From Klebsormidium nitens (lineage: Eukaryota > Plantae > Klebsormidiophyceae), in NCBI GenBank assembly GCA_000708835.1, contig DF237018.1, positions 62,001-126,000 on the forward strand: a stretch of DNA of 64,000 bases, in the 5' to 3' direction. The position numbers were made by a program, and so were the translations under genes. The notes under the pieces were generated by a model that was given only the letters and a program-made list of their open reading frames with translations, ran no database searches and was not told where the DNA came from. Every line of letters starts with the position of its first letter. Positions within the stretch are counted from its first letter, which is position 1. Of this stretch, positions 25,488-38,300 are shown one piece after another.

Positions 25488-28400
25488 CTAAGGAGGCAAG
25501 CACACGAGCTTGTGGTCCTTCCAGTGGATCTTCTGACACTGCAAAAGGGCTACGTGATTTAGAGTCGTCTTACATCTCCATACTTCGGAAATCTAAAAGC
25601 AGCATGTCAAAGGAAGGCCGAAATCACAAGCGCTGTCGGAACACGAGGTACACCCTCATTGAGAACTTCGAGAAGATCGGATTCGCTGGTGAACATCTTC
25701 CGGCAAGGGTATAGACTACAATTCTGGTTCTGAACCTCTGACCCGACGACTCAAATCTTGCTTTGGCTTTATTCCGAATCGAAAGATGTAGATTCGAGGC
25801 TTCTGAATTTTGCCCCTGATTGCAAGTGTTGAGAAAGGACCGATTGCTTCGAGAGTCTCTTCGTACCGTCAAGACTGCCGTCGGGGGAAACACCATGGTA
25901 AAGATTACACGCGCACCATGGCGCGTTTTTGATTAAGGTAACGGGAAAATGCGTTACTCACCTCCCGTCCACAATAGTGGGCAGAATTGCACCGCGAGCA
26001 TTTCTGGAAAGCGGGCTCTCCCGGAGCACGTTGCTTCTGCTCTTTCGAGCAGTTAGCACAGGTACGGGTCTTCGCTCTCCGCCCCTGCCTCGAAGTAGAG
26101 GCCTCCCCAGCTCCGCCGTCTCCTGCGGCTTCGTCTTGCGCGGCTGTGCCTGGCAATGAGGAATCCAGACTTCATTCATCACGGTGACCAGACAAGGACC
26201 TTCTCAGATTGTTTCATATCAAAGGCGTCCACGGATTGCAATCCATTGCTATTGTCTGCGGTCGAAGAGCTCCGTATATAGGTTTGGCGGCTCTGACTTT
26301 CTGATATGCAGCCGTTCTCAAAGGTGACCCCCTGATTGCCCTTGTGATCGGGACACTTTTCACGTATCCAGAAAATATGCTCACCCGTCACCGACGGTTT
26401 TCGAGAGAGACAACACTCGTCCGTTACAGTGGAGCTCAGAAGATAACCACGGAGTTTTCCTTCCGATTTACAGAGCACCATCGACAATAAAAAATTAACT
26501 CTCCTTCAAGCGCACTGCCAATCAAAACTCGAAGCATTTGAGAAGCTTGTGTCCACCAGCCGCCTTGCAAATTGTCATAAGAGGCCACCAAATAAGCATC
26601 AGGGTGAAAGTGATCGGGCAAGCGCACCTTCAGTTCCCAACACCCATAGAGAATCCGACCAGTGCATAAGACATGCATGTGGATAGAAGTCCGAGAACGA
26701 TGCAGCAACACAACTTTCGCAATCCAGGACGAGAAAGCAGAAGGTCGAGGAGTTACTTAAAATACTCACCAGCAGAAGTGCTGCTGGGTAGTATGTCCGC
26801 TGCGATTGCAGCAAAGCTCGCAAAGCTCTCTGCCACATTCGAAGCCATCCGCCTGTCGTTCCTTCGAACTTGGCAGTGTTCTGTAATTGCCGCTGATCGT
26901 GGCCTGTTCTTAAACGCGTTGGATTGTGCAAGGAATTGCCTGTTGAGGGCGGGCAGCAGGAACGGTTTTCTGCGCACGGTGGCAAGATAGGACAGAAAGA
27001 AGTATCAGATAGCTTCGAGGTTTGTGAAGGAGGAAGGAAAACTTCAATAGTTCTGACTATTGACTTGGCTTGCATGGTTGTTAGCTACAACACAAAACAT
27101 CTCAAAAATGTTGAGCTTCTTCCGGAGCAGCGCTTGTTCGCAATTGAGGATCCATATTTCAGGCACGTTGAATATGTGGCGCAGCTAAACCGCATAAGAA
27201 ATGTCCAGCAAATAAGGGATGAGCAGGCGTTTATGCAAAGCTTTATTTAATTAGGCAGGCACTGGTCCTGTACCCTACTCTCTTCCCGAGGTTTATCTGA
27301 TAGAACGCATACTAATAGACAGGCTGGTACGCTTTTGGGGGACAGATCTATAGGAGACGGTGGGCCTCACTTGTGATTGTAGGGAACTCGGGAGACGTTG
27401 AGCGTCCGTTTGTGTAATAGCAGGACCTCATCAAACAATTCAGGGCACGCTCCGAATTGCTTGGCCTCCAACAACGTATCTTTGAGGAACCTGCAAACAC
27501 AAGCGGAATCTGTTTCAGGCAGAGCATGGCCAGTGAGAAATCAACTTCCAACAGTCGTACAAAAGTTAAAAGCTGAGGTGCCATGTGCAAGAGTTCGCAA
27601 GAAGGTACGTTTGCTTCGAAAGTCACACCTGCTAGGAGCCTGCCCCTAAACCCCGTCAAGTTTGATTTGCGGGCTCCGCTTGAGGCTTATGCACCTTTGG
27701 GCCTGTTTAAAGGGGCCCGTTCAATGAAGTGACAAGATGTTGGGGCGCAGATCTGCGGTGCATCAGATGCACACCTCACGCATTTTAACAATATACTGCA
27801 TTTTTTGCATCACTCGGACGCATGAAACCCCGCCAATTATAGCCTATGGTGCCCGCTTTTAAGAGGCCAAAGCAAGTTTGAGATAGAGCACATAACCAAT
27901 ATCCTGCCAAATGTCTGAGTAGAAGATCTGCTTACAGACCCGCAGCAAGAAAGAGGAAGGCCGAAGGTTGGAGCCACATTTAGACTAGGCATCCTTTGTA
28001 CATGATGACTTATGCCCCTCCATCCAAACAGTCTTGTTTATTGGTTGCAGAACATGATTGACACTCAGTAATCGGTTGCAGCTGTTGCTTGGGGCTCACC
28101 TTTGAAATGTGGTGTTGGCTGCCACCCCAGGCCATGTGAAGCCAAAAGCCTCCCCCAGGCTTTTCAGGACTTCTAGATACTGCTCCATGTTATCCGCATC
28201 AGGAAAGTACTTCAAATAGTATGCTGTGAGCAAGAGCGCGGGGTTGACAGGCCCAAATTGCTCCACCTCCGCGCGCTCTTCCAAAGCCTCCCACACGCTT
28301 TCTAACCGAACGTCCTGCCATGCCTTCCGCGCTGTCGAGTAAAACTCATCTTTCACTTCTTCCGGCTGCAAGTAGAACTTCACCCCAGGCGGTTCTGCAG

Positions 28401-28875
28401 CCAGTCTGAGCGCACGGAAAATACGCCCAGCCAGCAGATAGTCCTCTTCCTCATATGTCATATTCTGCCACAGGTGCCCCGCTGCGAGGCACAGGCCCTG
28501 GAGCATCCCGCACTGCATTGCCTCCGTCTTCGCCAGCATATTCTGCTTGCACACATCATTGCACCAGTCTGCAATTACGATCACAAGTGCTTTGTTTTCA
28601 GGGAATCGCTGCAGTGCCTTTGCTGCAAACGGAAGCAGCTGGCGCAGCGGGAATTGGGGTAACTCCACCCAGGACCACCCGAACTTCGCCATAGACTCGT
28701 TGATCTCTGGTGACTGTACTTCTCCGTCGCTTACGAAGAAGTAGTCTTCCATGCATTTTGCCACTGCGATGAACGCCTCTGTCAGGGCAGCTGGGTTATC
28801 AGCGTTGCGCTCAATAATAGCTCGTTGCTCCTGGAGGACCCCTGACAATTGGACCGCAGTCGCTGCCGCCATCAC
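25488..28875 (-). CDS. MYND zinc-finger protein F (unrelated N-terminus), 5 exons: 28875-28098, ~27493-27370, ~26968-26769, ~26150-25960, 25538-25488
   Basis: Phase-consistent GT-AG chain (2,2,1,0) joining the 259-aa ORF to RFLKDTLLEAK.., KPFLLPALNRQ.., then CANCSKEQ...FQKCSRCNSAHYCGRE|CQKIHWKDHKLVCLPP*, a complete MYND finger. Confidence 0.8.
27700..27868. repeat. Possible MITE-like element: imperfect 17-18 bp terminal inverted repeats in intron 1 of gene F
   Basis: ggcctgtttaaaggggc (27700-27716) vs the reverse complement of gcccgcttttaagaggcc (27851-27868), ~15/18 matches, with an internal hairpin gtgcatc-a-gatgcac. No second copy or TSD was found. Confidence 0.2.
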
Positions 28876-29084
28876 CGATTACTAGTTTCTGCACCCTTTT
28901 GTTTGTTGCACCACCAAGGAACGAAGTCGATGGCGGACACCTCGAGGCTCAGCCTCAACTTCAAGGCTTCTCAATGTCTTGTGCGAAATGAGACCCAGCC
29001 TGGCAGTGGCAGGCCTCAGGCTGGCGAGGGCGCAGCGCCGCGGCCGCTACCCGCCGCTCCAAGCGAGCGCGGCCGCCAGGGAGG

Positions 29085-29190
29085 CCGCGGCGCGGGATCC
29101 CCCTGGGTGCCATGCCCAGCGTGGCGAACTGCCGGCCAATTATTTGTTCCTTTTGGCGCGAGCTTCTTTCAAGCTGCTCCGAGTCAGCAC
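29085..29190 (+). promoter_or_regulatory. Conserved upstream block of MYND copy B (CCAAT + TTTGGCGC at 29152-29159), shared with divergent gene F
   Basis: Homologous to 21790-21900. Confidence 0.4.
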
Positions 29191-29358
29191 AGCACCGATG
29201 CTGGCACCAGTACGTGATCAGCAGTCACTCAATTTGTGATGGTTTGAACTCTGTAGAATACCCTACGGCAAAGGTCTTTGAAGTTGAAGCTAGCGCATGC
29301 TTGAAGCAATGTTTCATGAAGTTCAAAGGAAGTGGAAGCTTATAAAAGGATCTGAAGG

Positions 29359-31284
29359 ATGGAGGCCGGAGGCAGCCAGAACGCAGAAACAGGCAATGGT
29401 GGCGCGGTTAAGCCCCTGCAACCCAAAGTGCGCCGGAGCTCTGTGTCGTCACTGAGCGGGAGGAAAATTGAGCAGCGCATGACAGAAAAGCGAGCTGTGG
29501 AACTAGACCTTTTGAGACCTGAAAGCAGCGCTCGGTTGAAGGGAATCTTCGAGCAGACTCGTTCCGGTGACCTTGAGACGCGCTTCTGTGCTTTGTGGAG
29601 ATTCAAGGACGTCTATATCAACATGGTTGTGGCCAAGGGCTCCACATTAGCCACTAGTTTTGCAGCTTATTTGCTAGAGCAGGGCATTTTACAAGAGATT
29701 ATCAGAATTCTAGACGCAGCGCAAGCAGATGGGGACTGGTATTCGATACCCAGGCTGGGGACTGGCTATACTGCAATCTCAAAGGTTGGAGTGTGCTTGA
29801 GAATCGTGCAATTGCTGATGCTGGATGCTCGGACGGTGCGGTTTGTTCGGAAAGCCATACCAGACCTTCTCTCCATTGCTGAGGGAGTCTACTTCGCTAA
29901 GCCAGTCACAGCCGGCGAACCCGCTGCAAGAGGGCTTGCCACAGTGCCTTCCTACCGCCAAGAGGAGGACAAGATGCCTGCTTTGGGCATCCTGCTCCAG
30001 CTGTCCGTTTGGTCGAAGCAAACCAGGCCTATAATCTGCAACAGAATAGCCTTCCTTCGGGGGGCCTTGAGAGACTGCATGTCAGGCAGCGATTTTGCGC
30101 GGGACATGATTGAACGGGTCATCATGACCTTCACGAGCCTGCTAGAGACCTGCGACCTCGCCTCCCTCTTAGACGAGCTCCTGGACGTCTGCTTTAGCGC
30201 TTTTGAGACAGCGCAGAGAAGGGAAGTGCTTGTGGCCGCTGTGCATCTCCTCCAGAGCGTGTTATCTCAACTGAAGTTGCAACCAAAAGAGAATCTCCTT
30301 GGGCTATCAGCGAAAGCCCAGTCCAAAAAGGATTGGTATACTATGCAGTTACTAGCAGCAGCCACGTGTCCTGGCTTCATGTTGGAATACAGACCAATGT
30401 TTTACGTGTACCTGAGCATCTTCCATGCACCTTTCCGGCCCTTCCTCATCAACGGCGCTCCTGGCCAGTGCACCCCAGCGCAAGATCAAGAGCTTCAAAG
30501 GTACTTAGCCGCAAACCCCGCTGCGGTGGCCAGAAGGCGTCAGATCTGCAACATACTAGCAGCTAAGCCCCCTGCCAACGTCCAAGAAAAGTCTCACCAC
30601 TTTAGCCCCCACCTAGGTCCTGCAACCGCGCCCAAGCAGGCTGAAACTTCCTCTGCCTACGTCCACAAGCCAATCAAAGATCCCCTCGGTGCCATGCCGG
30701 CAATTCATACATACTGGTACGGCGATGATGTGAAGCCTCAGAGGAAGTGTTCGCACTCAAGCTGCTCCCTGATAGAGTCAGCATCAAGGCGTTTCAAGAT
30801 CTGTAGCGGGTGCAGGCTTGCAGTCTACTGCTCCCAAGGTAAGGTTTCGCTATCTGGATGGCTTACTCAAAGGGGGTTTTCGTGTTAGGCTTAATCCAGA
30901 CCTTACCAAGTTGCTATTGGACGAGCTTTTGTCCAATAGTGTGGGACTTTTGGGGAAGTCATCATAATGTCCAGCTTTTCAACAGGACAATCGCTGATGG
31001 AATCAGGTCTTGGTCGCAAATGCAGCCTGCGATTGGACTGATGCAATTACAGACTGGATGTGCATGGGGGTGAGCTTTGCAGAAGAGTGAAATTTCTTTG
31101 AGACAGCTTACTAACTTGATGCTATGCAGATTGTCAGAAGGCTGCCTGGAAGGAGGGTCACAAGAGTCGGTGTCGAACAGGAAGCAAGGTGAGCCCGCTG
31201 TCCACCTTTCAACATGGGGACTCTGTAGACATAAGCTTTATGCTTCAAGCCTGCCAGTGGTTTCTCAGCTGCAAAGTGCCCTAG
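29359..31284 (+). CDS. Helical (ARM-like)-domain + MYND zinc finger protein, copy B (intact), exon 1 29359-30838, exon 2 from 31130
   Basis: Uninterrupted ~490-aa exon ending RKCSHSSCSLIESASRRFKICSGCRLAVYCSQ g|gtaag, then ag|at tgt cag giving DCQKAAWKEGHKSRC. The 3' end is uncertain because a possible further donor lies at ~31190. Confidence 0.85.
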
Positions 31285-32396
31285 ATAGTTGAACATGGGA
31301 TGTTAACCTCAGTCATGGACTTGATTCTTCATTTCAGCTTTGTACCTGTGCTAAGTTGAGTTGATAGGATCTGGAAACTTGTATTGCAAACGGCCCTCTC
31401 AAACTTTGTCGCATACAACCACGTACCGTTCAGGATGGCGGGAACCGTTGAGCGGTTGGGAGGTTACATGCGGAGATACGTGGCTACCTCACTTCAGAGT
31501 CGCATTTCCCTAGACAACTGACCGAAGGCCCCCTAAACGAGGAGCATCTTGGATCAGTCGTACACTGTTGTTCAGGTAGGGCTTTTGTCATCTCATTGAT
31601 ACCAATAATACTGAGTGGGCTTTGCAAGGATTGAGCTGGCGAGAGCAGTTCAGGTGCCAAATCCATGCTTGAACAGCCGTCCGATGGGATTGAATGGTTC
31701 GATGCATCCTCATGCACACACTGGCCCTTGCCTTAGAAATGTCTAACGATGGAGCAGGAACATCCATGCGCGCGGTGTTTACAAATGATCAGTGTTTGTT
31801 GAGAGCATTACGGCGCGGGTTGCGGGAAGCTAATATTGGTCGTAGCGTTGGTCACATGGGTGTATAAAAAGAATTAGTGACCATGAGTCCGGGGTACAGC
31901 TAGTGCATGGTGGAATTGGACGGTGAGTCAATTCCTCGCAATCTCATGCATGATGACAAATATGCCAGCAGGACGACGCGTACAGAAAAAGAATATCAAC
32001 GATTCAGCGAACATGGCATCCATGTTGCGTACGTGGCCACTGGACCGGTATATACATATGGCATGCGCGCCGCCTGAAGGCATTAGACCCGCCTACCATA
32101 CGTACCGCGACGTGTCTATGTAACGTCACGTACCCGTGCATGCAATCCTCTATACTAATGATGCCGGACAAACTCCAATTTCCAACTTGTTCACAGTATA
32201 CGTTTCGGAGTTACTGAAAAGATTGCAGTCTATGTCATCAGCCTTCCTGCGGCTGTCAATGATTGTTGTATCAAAATATCTTTGTTACAAGATGCGCCAA
32301 CTCTTTCACAGAAATATTGATTGTCTATGTGAACACCTTCTCAATAAAGTGCGCGGCGGAGCGTGCGCATGTGCACTAGGGCTGTGGCAGTTAGGA

Positions 32397-35300
32397 TCAG
32401 AGTCTATTCTCCTGTTTCAGCTTCTGTTCGGCGGCCTTCTGAAGAGCCACCTTCTCTCGTCCATCTACTGCCTTGCTCGTCAGCCATTTGTGTGTTTCCT
32501 GCGGAGTCTCCCCTCGCATCCGGGCCATTTCTTTCAGAAGCAGCTCTATCTTTCGCTTCTTTTTCGCATCCGGCTGCTTTTGACTCTCTTCCCGGTCCGT
32601 TGCAGCTTCACGCTTTTCCTTTGGTTCGACGACCCGTTTAAGAATGGAAGCGGGGGGTACCGGAGATGCAGGAACGAGGGCGGCAGCCCCAACGCTTTGA
32701 GTCTGCCTAACTTCACTATTGGCCTCCTTCTGTGTATCGTACACTTCCTGGAGATTTGAGAGCCCGGGCCCATCCATTCGCAAGGTCGCAACATCGTCCG
32801 TGGTGTCTCTCGGCCCGTCACTCAATCGTAACGTAGGATCATCATCCCCCGGCTCGCTTAGCTCACCTCCTGGTTCGCTTGTCTCGTCCCCGGTCACTCT
32901 CAGAGTTGCCATGTCGTCCTGGTTGAGCCCCCCCGCAGCACCGTCTACCCCAGGGCCAACCGGACGCCCATACCGCGCTCGCTTTGGTGGGCGCTCGTTC
33001 GTCTCTGCCTCTTCGCTAGGTCCTGAGTCCTCCCCACCAGACTCCACTCTCAAGGTCGCCAAGTCGTCTTCATTCAGACCCCGGTTCGGAGCTTCCACCA
33101 CACGGTTGCGCCTTCCAACCACCTCTTCCTCATTAGCATCTACAAACTGGTACGGCCGCCGTCTTGGCGGGCGACTGCTAGGCACACCGCTAGGGCCGGC
33201 AGTCGCCTCCTCAGCCTCGCCCTCAAGCCCTGCCTCCTCACCACCGATCTCTTCCTCGTCTTCCGTCCGTCTCCCCCGCGCCCGTCCCCGTTGGTCGTCC
33301 CCCCGTCTCCCAGCCTCCGCCAGCCGCCTCCGCGCGCCGGAGTCCCGCACCTCCACCTGCGGCGCTCCGTGGAGCCGTGCGGCGTCATTCCAAGCCCACG
33401 ACGCCCCCGCTCGCTCCCCCGTGCGCGCGCCCGTTCCGACCACCATTTCATTCCTGTGCGCGTACACGACCCCTGCGTCGCGCAGCCCCGCCGGGACGTG
33501 CGCGGTGTTGGGAGCGGACCGGGGCAGCGGCATCTCGCTCCCGGGGCCCCGCCCGGTGTCGCCGGCGACCTCGGCTTGGAAGAGGCGCGCCAGTTCGTCG
33601 AGGCCGTGCTCGTCGCGCTCGCCGTCGGGCAGGGTTTGAGAAGGGTTTGGGGACGCGCGGCGGGCGACCGCCTGAGCGACCAGGTCCTCCGTGATCTGCG
33701 TGATGCGCTCCTCGCGCTCCAGGACGTCGCTGGTAAAGACCTTGTCGGCCAGGTCCTGCGGGACGAAAACCAAAGGTGCGAATGACTGGGCTGAAAGCAT
33801 ATTGGTAGATAACTTGAACAGACTGAAAGAAGACTTGAGCTGAGTTGGGAAAGGACCGAACGCAGACTTAGGACTGGAGCGTCAAGTTGCTCTTGGAAGA
33901 GTCGGAGATCCTTCAAGTGATGGCTGAACAATCTGCGGAACGAGCCAACCGCTCGCTGCGTGGAGTCCATCAAAATCTCTTTACGTAAGAACTCTGACGA
34001 CCACGAGTCAAGGCGCGGTAAATAGTGTCCGAAGGCAGAGCCCACGATGATGGAAGGACAGTCGGCAAAGAGCACTCAACAGGAAAATGGCAAAATATTG
34101 AGCTGGAACGAAGACCAACCACGCCCGTCGGTCCACGCACCTGGAACAGGTTGCTGATCCCAAACAGCTCGCCTTGCATGTCCTTCCGGTCTTGCACGCC
34201 CTCGAACAAGCGCTTCTCGCCGGGCCCGTGCATGGCGGTGTGGAACTGCTGCTGCTTGTAGATCTGCCGGTTGTACACGATCTCCTCGATCGACCCCGCC
34301 GTCATCAGCCGGTACACCGTCACGTGACGGGTCTGGCCGTAACGGAAAGAACGGTCTTGCGCCTGCATGGGAAAGAAAATGAAGATGTCCGGATTCTGGT
34401 CGGTTACTGATCTGCGATGACACCCTCACATGCCGCGTCTGACCGGATCGAAAGGAGCGGTCTTGCGCCTGCGCAGGAGTGGGTTGATTAGATCTTTTGT
34501 CCTTCCCGCCTATGAAAACGAGACCTCCAATATACCGTGACGTCCCACGGAAACGAACGGTCTTGCGCTTGCGCAGAAATTGGCGTATATGCAACATTGA
34601 GATCCTGCCTGGCGGAATTTGAAAGTGAATCTGGCTACTCAAGATGATTACATCCCTGAAGCGACTACAATGACAATTACAGCTGACTTACAATTGGACA
34701 ACCACAGCTGCCAAGAATCAAGGGCTGTGCATCACTTATCATCCAAGAAGAGGAGCGACAACTCAGCAGATTGCGGATGAGCGCAAACGAAACCAAGGCA
34801 ATCGTCGAAGCAAACATTGACAAAAAAGCCCCTCAGACAAGACCACAATGACGACTAATGATATCCAGTCTGTCTCACCTGTAGGTCGAAGCTCGGGTTC
34901 CAGCTCGGGTCAAAGATAACCACGCGGTTCGCGCTGACCAAGTTGAGGCCTTGGCCCCCGGCCCGCGTCGAGATCAGGAAGACGAAGCGACTTTGCGACT
35001 GGTTGAAGTCGTCGCAGAGCCCTTGGCGGATGGACTGCGGAGTCTGGCCGTCGAGTCGGAGGTGTGAATAGCCCCGGCGGATGACCAGGCGCTCTAGGAT
35101 GTTAAGCATGCGTACGCTGTGGCTGAACAGCAGCACCTGGGGGGGACCATGGGGGCGAAGATTTAGACACCACGAGGGCAGAGAGACAGTCGCCGGCGAT
35201 TGCTTCAAGAATGTTTCCGAACGGTCGGGAAGATGATGGTGTTATTTACAATCCGACCGTTTTACCGGTACAGATAGGGGTTGTGTCGATGGTTCTCATC

Positions 35301-38300
35301 CTATGCTCCTACAGATCCCCAAAAGAGCATAGGACTACCACAAGCAACTCGAGGCGTATACGCCGAGCTCTACTTCTGAATGCAACTTACATTATATCCT
35401 TATAAGTTCGGGTTCGTTAAGGGCAACGCTACTGAGTGCTTTCATTCGGCTTGGCAGTATGCTTAAGCCTCACTCAAGTGAAACTCCTACCAAACTGGTC
35501 TTCAAAAACATTTCTCTCCTGGACTTCTCCAGAGGAAGCTGCTGTACGAGCCAACAATCGAAAGGCAGAGTTGTCGAGAACGTGAACCCAATCAAAGAGC
35601 TCCTTTGCGTTTTTGCATGTTTCGAAAAACAGTTATGCGCAAGCAACAAGCTCGTAATGACCCCAGATCTCTCATCAGCGAATGTCAAAGTGACGTCAAA
35701 CTCGCTACTTGCAATACATCTCCCAGGACTCATTTGTATACAAAACGCATTTAGCAACGACACCGGACGGCAAAAGTGTCCGACCTGACGTCAGCTTCCG
35801 TACCTTGTCCCCCTGCGCCTTCCAGTCCTCCAGGAGGCTCTCCAGTGCGCGCATCTTGCCGCAGTGCTGCGTGTCGCTGAGCCCCATGAAGCTGGATTCC
35901 GCTTCCGTTCCGCCGATCAGGTGCGCGTCCTCCCCGAGCGCCATCGCCGCGAACGCGCGGTCCTTCTCTTGCTTCTCGGGGGGGTCGCGCGGGTCTGGTT
36001 TCATCAGCTCCAGGTGGTTGCTGATCTTGAGCAGGATTTGGAGGCACGGCAGGGTCATGCAATAGGGGCACCTGCGAAGACGCGGCGACTGTGTTAAAAA
36101 GGAGCTGATTGCCGTCAGCACTACACCTCGAGGGCAAAGACGGTTAGCCAGTGCTCCGGTCGATTGGCATGCTGTTGTCACAAATCTCGGAGAGTTGTTT
36201 TCCACAAAGATTTTCTTAATATTCGAACGAGATTGGCGGGTACTGCCTGTTCTCGATGCACTGCGGTCATAATCAGCTTCACGTCCCTCGTCTACGCGTG
36301 TTCTTTCGCCGCAACTCCAAATGCGACACTGTCGAAGCAGAAGTCAAGAGAAACCCTTGTCAAGAAAGACGAAGTGAGAATTTGATGACCCCCGTTATAC
36401 CACTCCTGAATACTTTAGGCCAACAGAAGCCTCAGTCCTTACTTGTGCGGGTTCGGGTTCCCGATTCCGTGCAGGTAGTGGTACAAAATCCCGTCCTCTG
36501 CCGCCGTGTGGCAGCAGTTCCCGCGCACCTCGCCGCTCCCACAGTCGCACGGCTCGTTCAACCGGACCAACAGCTGAAAATCGGGACTCTCCAGAACACG
36601 CCGGTACACCGACCGCTGCAGCGGGCTCATGCGGCAAAAGATGACGTTGTCCGCCTTCCCGTGCATCGCGTGCGCGATCGTCTCGTCCTTGGTGCGCCGC
36701 AGAAAGTGCGGCCGCAGCGCGCGGAGCAGCTCCGCCTGCAGGCGAATTGCGGATCTGTAGGTTGGTTGGGGGACAGCATGCATCGGAAACGTCTACGTTA
36801 AAGTGAGAAAATTATGGACGCCTTGATCCGTTGTCTAGAGTGTTTGCCCTGCTTGGTTTGATACGGATCAAGAGTACTCATGCTCGAATGCGGGTGGGTA
36901 ATTGACGCGGACGGAGCGCGCAACGAAGGAAGCGGCGCCGAGCGAACGGATCAAGATCGAGCACGCTCTCGCCGCCAGAACAAGACGCTCTGCTCATGGC
37001 TATACCTTGCAATCTGGAACTGTGATGTATAATCGGACGGCGACGATATGATGCAGGCCATGGTGAAACTCGGCAGATTGCTTACCTGGCGCTCGCGCGC
37101 GAGTTGGATCAACGGCAGCGGCGCGTGGATGCGCTGGCCCAGCTTGAGCGGGTGCTCGTAGTACTCCTGAAAGCTCTTCTTGGAGCCGAGGCTGTTCTCG
37201 GCGGCCCAGTGGAAGATGCACCACAGCTCCTTGTACTTGTTCTGCAGCACCGTGCCTGGAAACAGAAGTAGACTTTTAGTGACCAAGGTGTTCTGTCAGT
37301 TCACTCAATTCGCCCGAACACATATCTAGCTTTGTCGTCTCCTAGTTCCGAAGGTGTCGGTTCTCCTGATGCGTTTCGGAAAGCAAAACTTTTGAGTTCA
37401 AACGGCTTTTCTCGTACTCCAGAAAGCTCTGGATCGCACGGCAAAGAAAGTCATAGAGTTCTCTTGAAGACCACCAACTTGAACGGGATCAACATACTTG
37501 GTGTAACAAAACAGAAGCTTTCTAAGCAACAATCTTCTTCGCTGCTGCTCCAATATGCAACTCCAGAACAGGTGGCAATCATCTGGCATTCCTGGTTGAA
37601 GAACAGACATGAATCCTGCAAAATCAACTATTCGGCCGTGACTATGATGAGACGCAACCAGCTTGCGGACTACGTTATTCGGAGCTAGAGAAGATTGTCA
37701 GCGAACAGTCGCTCTATGCTCACCTGTCAACCCGAAGCGCCTCCTCGTGCGGATCCTGCTCATTGCCTTGTAGAACTGCGTGCTGTCATTCTTGAGCACA
37801 TGGGCTTCGTCCACAAACACGCAGTCCCAGTCAACCTCACGCAAGTCGTCAATGTTCTGTGCCAGCATGGCAATGCTGGCTAAACAGATCTCCAGCTCGC
37901 CCCGCTGCGCTCTGCTGAGTACGCTTTCTTTAGATTTGCCGCCGAAGGTCCCAACCCGGAAAGGCCCCCAGTCGTCGAGTTCCCGTTCCCTGTCGGAATC
38001 CGAAAAGGGAGCTTAGAAACTTGAAGCACAGAACAGCGACAAAAAAACACCTACCCAGTGCCAAGCCATGAGACGAGACCAACATGCAGATATGGCATCT
38101 CTGTGGTCAAACATTCGTATCCCCATCGCCAGTTACGATTGCTTGAGCTTTTAGCAACAAGCATGACAGGTCATCTGCAGACCAATCTTGAACGAATTAT
38201 GCGTGAAGTGAGGCTAAACAACGTAAGACACTTCAATTTTAAGGGTCAACTGCATCCAGCTAATCAACACAACCAGAGAGACGAGAGTTTATCAGGACGC

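Noticed and set aside
32363-34410. Long overlapping ORFs (32719-33639+, 33140-34075-, 33291-33785+, 34076-34642-)
   Set aside because: These are shadow or alternative frames of the GC-rich SWI2 exons, with low-complexity Arg/Ser/Pro translations and no independent splice or motif support.
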